A stretch of 64,000 nt of DNA from Eledone cirrhosa (lineage: Eukaryota): the NCBI GenBank assembly GCA_964016885.1, contig OZ024740.1, forward strand, positions 40,176,001 to 40,240,000. Direction: 5' to 3'. Of the stretch, positions 18,165 to 24,954 are shown piece by piece. The number at the start of each line of letters is the position of its first letter. Within the stretch, counting starts at the first letter, position 1. The notes beneath the pieces are model-generated. The model worked only from the letters and a program-made list of their open reading frames with translations, made no database searches and was not told the origin of the DNA. The translations under genes and the position numbers were made by a program.

Positions 18165-18628
18165 CTGTTGACAACAAAATGTTTCTCCCTATTTATAAAA
18201 GGACTGCTGTATGACACCTGTGTGCAAAATGTAATGCTGCATGGTAGTGTAACATGGGCTGTAAACTGGAGAGAAATGAAGCAACCATGCTTTGTTGGAT
18301 GTGCAATGTGTGAGAGAAAGGCAGAGCTTGGATGAACTGAAGAAACTAGGTTTAAGAGGAATCCAAAGTGGTGTGCAAGTGGTGTTGGTACGGACATGTG
18401 ATGCACATAGATGAAGATTGCTGCGTGAAAAAGTGCCAGGAAATCCCAGTGGAAGGCAGCCGCATTAGAGACAGACCAAAGAAGACCTGGACAGAGGTGG
18501 TGATAGCTGATCTCAAATCACCGAGGCTCACAGAGATGACGAAGGAACACAAGTGGAGAGATGCTATGCTGAAAAGACCCTTCCAACCCATGCAAGCATT
18601 TGAAAACAGAAATAAAAATGATGATGAC
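18165..18628 (+). mobile_element. More degraded RTE-clade LINE 3' fragment with short 3' UTR
   Basis: Translates to LTTKCFSLFIKGLLYDTCVQNVMLHGS...WYGHVMHIDEDCCVKKC...RPKKTWTEV...WRDAM, followed by 'ccaacccatgcaagcat...atgatgatgac' tail. Confidence 0.85.
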
Positions 18629-18684
18629 TCCCGACAATAATATACAATTCCTTGAGAAGTAAATCAATTTAAACAAAATCTTAC

Positions 18685-18783
18685 CATATTTTGATTATTT
18701 AACAATTCTTCAACAGATTTACGGCGAGGAAATGTCAAACAAGTTCTCCCTTTTTTTATACTTTCCATGACCTCATCAATAAA
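18685..18783 (-). CDS. ROGDI: ROGDI homologue, internal coding exon (99 bp, phase 0-0): FIDEVMESIKKGRTCLTFPRRKSVEELLNNQNM
   Basis: Acceptor aaatttccAG, donor GTaaga, open frame. Aligns by eye to human ROGDI [33 protein letters not shown] (sequence recalled, not searched). Confidence 0.85.
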
Positions 18784-18992
18784 CTGGAAATTTAAGAATA
18801 GTAAAAACAGAATTTAATATTTCTTTGAGACACAGCTACATGGTTTAATATTTCATACCTAACATAGCTTAATATAGGTATCAATATTTCATATCCAACA
18901 TAGACACAACTACGTTTTACATACACATGTTTCATACCAAACATGCTTAAATTGGATATGGTTTTTTAAGTATTTAAGATTCTAGCCACATT

Positions 18993-19736
18993 TTTGGAAG
19001 TAGAAAGTAGGTTGACAAGGTTTGTTAACACACTCCGAATTGCGTGCTTAGCACTTGCATACTCAGTTACAGACTACTGTTTACCAGTTTGGGCAGGGAG
19101 CTACCATGCCAAGCAAGTCAACACCATCCTCAACTCAGCAATGAGAATAATATCTGGCACACTGAAATCTATACCTACTCAGTGACTGCCTACCCTTTCT
19201 TGTATAGCTCCTTCTCACATGCAGCATCAGGAGATGATCAGTGAGGCAGCACTTCTTACCAAGTCCAAGCTCGACCATTGCATCCACAAAGACCTGGAAA
19301 ACCTTCCCAGCATGTACTTGAAATCACACAAACCATTCTGGGAATCAATGTGGACCCTTCGGGACAATGGCTTTGATCTGAATGAAGAGTGGTGAAGATC
19401 ATGGAATGAGTCCAAATTTGCCTGCCAAGACCTTGTCCAGGACCCCACATCTAAACCAGCCAGCTTTGACCTTCCTAGAAACCAATGGATGTCCCTTAAT
19501 CGGATCCACACAACACATGCCAGGATAGCCCATTATCTCCATAGATGGAAAATGAAAGCCAGCCCAGCATGTGACTGGGGAGAACCTGACCAGACAGTGC
19601 TGCATGTTTGGGATTGACCTTCAGACGTTTTCCCAGCAGCCTGGAAGCAATCCATAATACTACAAATGATGCCTTAGTCTGGTTCACCAATCTGTTTCTC
19701 TAACCATTGTGTATATGTCATACAACAAGAAAAAGA
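18993..19736 (+). mobile_element. 5'-truncated Vingi/Ingi-like (I-group) LINE fragment
   Basis: Translates to NTLRIACLALAYSVTDYCLPVW..S.HAKQVNTILNSAMRIISGTLKSIPTQ*LP and FDLPRNQWMSLNRI...HYLHRWKMKASPACDWGEPDQTVLH (degenerate CCHC). Ends in 'catacaacaagaaaaagaag'. Possible target-site duplication agccacatt (18984-18992) / agctacatt (19737-19745). Confidence 0.75.
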
Positions 19737-20086
19737 AGCTACATTAAAAATTTCAACAACTATGTCTTTAATCCTTTTCTTAACATATTTCTTATAAAAG
19801 ACACAGACTAAGATTTTCAAGTAATTTCAGAAATAATAAAGAATTTGGAAGGGTTTAGTAATATAACTAACTTTCTCATAAAACTGGTGTTTGGAACATA
19901 ACTTAAAGAAAGGTTTTACATAAAATTATGATGGATGGTTTTTAGATAAATATAAACACTTTAACAAAAAAGTTAAATAATTGTTCCTATACAAGTATGA
20001 CACCTGTTCTCCAGTTTGGTTGTCATAAGATATCTAATGATCAGAGGTTAATATAAAATATATATTTAAATTTAATTTAAAATTAC

Positions 20087-20179
20087 CAAAGTAACTTCTC
20101 TGACAGACTTAAATTCATAATTTTCTTTCAAAGCAATGCAATATGACGCTGATTTTAGATGGTTGTATGCATCTTGAAT
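20087..20179 (-). CDS. ROGDI: ROGDI homologue, internal coding exon (93 bp, phase 0-0): IQDAYNHLKSASYCIALKENYEFKSVREVTL
   Basis: Acceptor tttattttcAG, donor GTaatt. Matches the ROGDI motif IQDARNH...YQFKTGAEV. Confidence 0.9.
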
Positions 20180-20234
20180 CTGAAAATAAACATCAGAGAG
20201 TTACTACCATACTATATCTTAACAGTGCTACTCA

Positions 20235-20390
20235 ACAAGACTACATAACATCACAAGACCAGACTACATCACATCACCACACTACCACATTATACCAGAA
20301 CACCACACAACGCCACAACACCACACTACACCACAAGACCACACAACCATACTACACCACAATACCACATCTCACAACACCACCACACTG
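20235..20390. repeat. Low-complexity (ACCAC/ACAAC)n-type simple repeat filling most of a 274-bp intron
   Basis: Degenerate 5-bp periodicity, e.g. 'caccacacaacgccacaacaccacactacaccac'. Confidence 0.8.
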
Positions 20391-20453
20391 GAAAACAAAC
20401 ATAAGATGATGATAAAACCTAAAGAAGCAACCAGAGAAGAAATAAAGACTTAC

Positions 20454-20540
20454 TTGCTGCAATTTCCAGGGTAAACTTTGGTGTATTGAAGTCTTAAATA
20501 AACTGTGATGGTTTCCTTGTTTATGTTTGAAATTTATATC
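20454..20540 (-). CDS. ROGDI: ROGDI homologue, internal coding exon (87 bp, phase 0-0): DINFKHKQGNHHSLFKTSIHQSLPWKLQQ
   Basis: Acceptor ttctaataatgaaAG, donor GTaagt. WKLQQ joins the next exon to give the family signature WKLQQIQDA.NH. Confidence 0.92.
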
Positions 20541-21025
20541 CTTTCATTATTAGAAAGAAAAAAATATTAACATAGTTTATGAGACATTTTTCATCAATAT
20601 TATTCAGAAAAACTAGAGAAAATCACTGAGTCCATATAAAAGATACATTTGTGTTAGATTTAATCTTCTAGTTCACAAATTTCTCCTTACATCAAGTCTT
20701 CAATTCATCTATATAGAGAGACAGTTTTAAAACAGGCAATTGTCTGTGGTTGAACAAATCAAGCAATAATAAAACCCAACCCAATCATGCCATTTTTTTA
20801 ATATCAAGGACTATATTGTCCAATCTATTCTTTTTCTATGGCAGAGGATAGGATTTAATGGAAGCTTTGGCTGTTATTTCTAGCTTATTGAGCTCATTTG
20901 TAGCAGCTCATTAGGTTGTGTCACTTGTAGCATCTCTCTCGTTAATTTGTGTCATAAACCAAGGAATATAATGTCAAACATCACAGAAGATGCCATAAAA
21001 CACTGTCTGCAGTAATTTCCATTCA

Positions 21026-21215
21026 CATCAACGACACAAAATCAGATCCACTGAAAGCTGCACCTCCTCAATTATACAACACCAGTGCATCAACTGTACA
21101 AAATTGGATCCACTGAAAGCTGAACTTCCTCTATTATATAATGCTAATGCATCACATCAACTGCACAATAACAGATACACTGAAAGTTGCATCTCCTCTA
21201 TTATATAATACCAGT
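21026..21215. repeat. Three diverged tandem copies of a 62-67 bp unit
   Basis: 'catcaac' starts at 21026, 21088 and 21155. Each copy has gat(c/a)cactgaaag(c/t)tg...cctc(a/t)attata. Confidence 0.85.
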
Positions 21216-21425
21216 CTCTAACAAACTTAAGAACATTGATAAACAACATCTGACAAGACTATAATCTTTGTTTTACATAAATACAAAACTGAAAGCAGAC
21301 ATAGAAACATGTCAAGAAAATGTTTATTCAAATCTTTAACATTTTAAACTATTTGCATTTGAAAACTGAACTGATATAATTTTTTTTAGGTGGTGTTGGT
21401 GCAAGTCTAAGAATATACTATAGAG

Positions 21426-21710
21426 CAGAGGTCCCCAACCACCGATCCGTGGATCATTTGCTACTGGGCAGCAAAAAAATAATTAACTTGTTTAAAATTA
21501 TATAATAGATAAATTGAATATTGGACTTTAATTTTAAAAGATTTGTTTAAATATTCAATATTCATATACTCAATACACTTTTTCTTCCCTTTAATAAATT
21601 GCTCTCTTTATCGAAATGCACTTAAATAACACATATGTGCAACTACCGATCTGCAGAAAGATTGTCCGGTATGAAGCCAGTCCGTGGTATAAAAAAGGTT
21701 AGAGACCCCA
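21426..21710. mobile_element. Non-autonomous hAT (Charlie/MER1-like) MITE
   Basis: Left TIR CAGAGGTCCCCAACC and degraded right TIR GGTTAGAGACCCC, with subterminal CCGTGG motifs. 8-bp ctatagag immediately left and atagag immediately right (partial TSD). Confidence 0.75.
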
Positions 21711-21767
21711 TAGAGTGTAAAGAATATACTATAACAATATAATATAAAGTCTAAACAATATACTCAC

Positions 21768-21825
21768 CGCTTCAGTTATGTTATCACCAAACAATGTCAA
21801 GACACATTTAATGTGAGCGGTTCCA
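21768..21825 (-). CDS. ROGDI: ROGDI homologue, internal coding exon (58 bp, phase 2-0): (N)GTAHIKCVLTLFGDNITEA
   Basis: Acceptor ttttttttaaacAG, donor GTgagt. Matches human GTDQVKGVLTLQGDALSQA (recalled). Confidence 0.92.
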
Positions 21826-22039
21826 CTGTTTAAAAAAAACAACAACATTAATAATATTCTGTCTAAACTGCCACTAGAAATAGCAGTCAATATGGACTGT
21901 CTATCAGTTCACCATTTAGGGAGCAGTAAATATTATACATAAGTAAATTTGTTATGAATATACATAACATCACAATGAAAAGAGATTGTGAAAATAATTT
22001 CATTCAGAGAAGCAAATGCATATAGAACATCTTAAACAA

Positions 22040-22140
22040 AATCATTGTTTCTATATTAACTTTTCCATACTGGCATGTGTTGGACAGGACATTTTGAGAC
22101 AATGTTTTACAGCTGGTGTCCTTTCTGACACCAACCCTAC
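22040..22140 (-). mobile_element. Heavily decayed RTE-type 3' end / SINE tail
   Basis: 'ttttccatactggcatgtgttggacagg' and 'ttttacagctggtgtcctttctgacaccaacc' resemble the motifs at 17030-17163 and 23040-23170. Confidence 0.55.
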
Positions 22141-22269
22141 AACATGTAAGGATACAGTGTACCTATTCTAAACAGGATACATACAGTAATAATACATAAA
22201 CAAGACCGTTATGCTCCAACCAGACCATTTACCTTCGATAATTACCCTAAATATAAATATATACTTGTT

Positions 22270-22678
22270 TCACTCCATCCTCCACACCTCTCCTACAGTC
22301 CTGCCACAACAACAACAAAAACCATTGTAAGGTGGATAGGCTGGTGACATGACAAAAAAGAACCCATCCATACTGTAAGGTGGTCATGCTGGTGACATGC
22401 CAAAAAGCACCACTCCAACCTCTAAGTAGTCATGCTGGTACCACAATGAAAAACCATTCAGTTTACCCTGTTGGATAGTTGTTATGGTGCTACAATAAAA
22501 AGTACACAGTACACGCTGTAATGTGGTTGGTGTTAGGAAGGGCATCCAGCTGTAGAAATCAAGCCAAAATACAGGTCCATATGAGCAACATGTGGTCACC
22601 TGGCCCGACTTGCCTCAATGTGACAACCCATCTAACCCATGCAAGCATAGAAAATAGATGTTAAATGATGATGATGAT
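22270..22678 (+). mobile_element. RTE-family 3' UTR-only copy (truncated LINE or RTE-dependent SINE)
   Basis: Several ~50-bp units, then ggttggtgttaggaagggcatccagctgtagaaa, then acccatctaacccatgcaagcatagaa and a (TGA)n tail. Confidence 0.8.
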
Positions 22679-22684
22679 AGGAAG

Positions 22685-23003
22685 AAATTCCATCTTCTGT
22701 CTCAAATGCAAACTATAGGTAGACAAAAGATGTAGTGGGATCTCAGGTAGTCTAGCTAAGAACATAAGTTTTACATGTAGCCATTGCACAAGAGCAGTAA
22801 GCAGCAAACGATCACAGGAAACAAGCGCTATCAAATTCTGGGAAGGTTCGGTAGAAGCAGTAGACAGCTTCTGCTACCTGGGAGACCAAAAATATAGTAG
22901 CTAGAGTGAGAACAGGATGGAAGAAGTTCAAGGGGTAGCTAGCAGTACCACTGCTAGCTACAAAAGGCTTTTCTCTCAAAATGAAAAGCAGACTGTATGA
23001 TGC
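22685..23003 (+). mobile_element. RTE LINE internal fragment, same family as 17006-18140
   Basis: Translates to NSIFCLKCKL*VDKRCSGISG...VEAVDSFCYLGDQ...ARVRTGWKKF...LLATKGFSLKMKSRLYDA. Confidence 0.88.
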
Positions 23004-23218
23004 ATCATCATCATCATCATCATCTTCGTTTAACGTCCATCTTCCATGCTAGCATGAGTTAGACGGGAGTTGTCCCACTTGAGGCAAGTTTGGTCGGGTG
23101 ACCATGTCTCGCTCATATAGGACTATCTGGCAGGTTTTCTACGGCTGGATGCCCTTCCTAACACCAACCACATTTACAGTGTGGAGCTGGGAACTTTTTA
23201 CCGTGTTACCTACACAGC
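23004..23218 (-). mobile_element. RTE 3' end (~215 bp) inserted in antisense inside the + strand RTE copy
   Basis: (CAT)n at 23004-23023, then the reverse complement of the family 3' UTR (cttccatgctagcatgagttagacggg...ggatgcccttcctaacaccaacc). Confidence 0.88.
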
Positions 23219-23224
23219 CACTGC

Positions 23225-23704
23225 AATTAATAAATTCTGACCTTGCACACTTACACCTCTCCAAGACAATGTCACTGGACCGAGATCTTTGGCGCTATGC
23301 AGTAATACAGAAGACCCGCCTTGCCTAAGTACAAAGCGAAACCTACAGTCAGTAAGCTCCTCCTAACCAAAAATACCCCCACACCCCACTACCCTTACCC
23401 CCACCTACACCTAAAGTTATGTCTGTGCCACAACATCCAGTCCTAAATAAATGAGGTCGTGTAGGTGTCACAACAAAAAAACACACAGTCCACGCTGTAA
23501 TGTGGTCGTGTAGGTAACACGGTAAAAACCTCCCAGTCCACACTGTAAACGTGGTTGGTGTTAGGAAGGGCATCCAGCTGTAGAAAACCCGCCAGACAGT
23601 CCTATACGAGCAAGACAACCAATCTTGCGTCACGTGGGACAACTCCCGTCTAAACCCATGCTAGCGTGGAAGATAGACGTTAAACAACGATGATGATGAT
23701 GATG
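23225..23704 (+). mobile_element. RTE LINE ORF C-terminus plus long 3' UTR and (GAT)n tail
   Basis: INSDLAHLHLSKTMSLDRDLWRYAVIQKTRLA* is homologous to IKADLNQLHLSKAMTHDRDLWHHTVIQKTRP of the 17-18 kb copy, with the same UTR motifs. Confidence 0.88.
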
Positions 23705-23879
23705 TTAAACAATGATGATGATTTTATATATCATCATCATCATCTTCGTTTTACGTCCATTTTCCGAAGATGATGATGATAATATATAAGATATATATTA
23801 TTTCTGGAATAGTTACTTTAACGCTCTCCCACAACACCTCATATAACACAATGAAGCTGATTTTGAGAGAGAAAGAGAG

Positions 23880-24008
23880 AAGAATCAACCTAAGACTTGA
23901 GTGTTACTGAATCAACTTTAGAAAAGTGAAAAGCAAAGTTGAACTTGGTCCGATTTAAACTCAGAGATTCAGAACCAATTCTTATTTAAGTTCTAATAGC
24001 TTTGCTAA
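23880..24008 (-). mobile_element. Degraded tRNA-derived SINE remnant
   Basis: Minus strand reads ttagcaaagctattagaac (A-box-like)...ctctgagtttaaatc (B-box-like) ggaccaagttcaactttgcttttcac, resembling a molluscan SINE core 'gaggtcgactttgcctttcatcc' from memory. Heavily decayed. Confidence 0.45.
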
Positions 24009-24104
24009 TAAACAGTCAATTACTGGTTTATCAGTAATTAAAATACTGGCTAAATCAGTGTATTGGAATGCTGGCTAAATTGATCATGTTCCTAATGTTA
24101 CCTG

Positions 24105-24640
24105 GTATTGAGACAAGGTCAAACTGGTGATATCTAACCCCATAACTAGGTCAGAGGCCGTACTGGTGACATTTAACCCCATAATTAGGTCAAACAGAGA
24201 TTATACTGATATCTAACCCTATAACTAGGTTGGAGGTCATACTGGTGATATTTAGTTGTATAACTAGGTCAAGTAGGTCATACGGGTGATATTTAGCCAC
24301 ATAACTAGGTCAAACAGGTCACATGGGGAATATTTAACCCCATAACTAGATCAAGCAGAGGTCATACTAATATTTCATCCTACAACTACGACAAACAGAG
24401 GTCATACAGGTGAAATTTAACCCCACAACTAGGTCAGAGGTCATATTGGTGTATTTAGCTGTTTAACTAGGTCAAGCAGGTCATACAGGTGATATTTAAC
24501 CACATAACTAGGTCAAGTAGAGATCATACAGGTAATAAATAGCCCCACAACTAGCTCAAGCAGTGGTAATAGAGGTGATATTTAACCTCACAACTAGGTC
24601 AAACAGGTGATATTCAGCCCTAAAACTAGGTCAAGTAGAG
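24105..24640. repeat. Degenerate ~36-41 bp minisatellite, roughly 14 copies, consensus approx. GGTCATACTGGTGATATTTAACCCCATAACTAGGTCAA(A/G)CA
   Basis: Recurrent 'aactaggtca' and 'ggtgatattta' motifs at ~38-bp spacing. Confidence 0.9.
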
Positions 24641-24808
24641 AAAGTATTAATATTTTGAGAAATGGAAATTACTCAGATATTTTCTCCACACAAAATTAAT
24701 ATTGGCAGAATCATCCTCACAATTAACTCAATTCAATGTTTTAAAGTGACAGAAAATTATATTAAATTTTTTTTTTTCAAGTTTTATCCAAAATGAAATA
24801 TCACATAC

Positions 24809-24863
24809 TTTGGCCCAGACAGTAATATCCTCTGTGGTTTGATATGGCAAACAGTTGAATCAT
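24809..24863 (-). CDS. ROGDI: ROGDI homologue, internal coding exon (55 bp, phase 1-2): (D)DSTVCHIKPQRILLSGP(N)
   Basis: Strong acceptor tgtatttttcgcttcAG, donor GTatgt. Phase-compatible with the 21768-21825 exon. Weakly similar to human PAKQENFILGSC (recalled). Confidence 0.75.
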
Positions 24864-24954
24864 CTGAAGCGAAAAATACAAGAATGACACAAAAATAATG
24901 ATGAAAAAATACATATAAGTAATTTATTGCTGGTCAGTACTGTTATAAAATTAG

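Noticed and set aside
17438-19690. Other short ORFs (17438+, 17908+, 18149-, 18352-, 19044+, 19227-, 19256-, 19399-, 19496-)
   Set aside because: Antisense or off-frame shadows of LINE fragments.
20143-20409. 88-aa Thr/His-rich + strand ORF
   Set aside because: It is a translation of a simple repeat and is antisense to a supported ROGDI exon.
20860-21895. Shared motif ttg(g/a)ctg(c/t)tatttctag at about 20868 (+) and 21870 (-)
   Set aside because: Probably remnants of a dispersed repeat, but too short to delimit or classify.
22384-23642. Three ORFs sharing WMPFLTPTT as a conserved peptide family
   Set aside because: This is the antisense translation of the non-coding GGAAGGGCATCC retroelement box.
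24809-24863. ATG-initiated reading MIQLFAISNHRGYYCLGQ of the 55-bp exon
   Set aside because: That frame is incompatible with the ROGDI-matching frame of the next exon.
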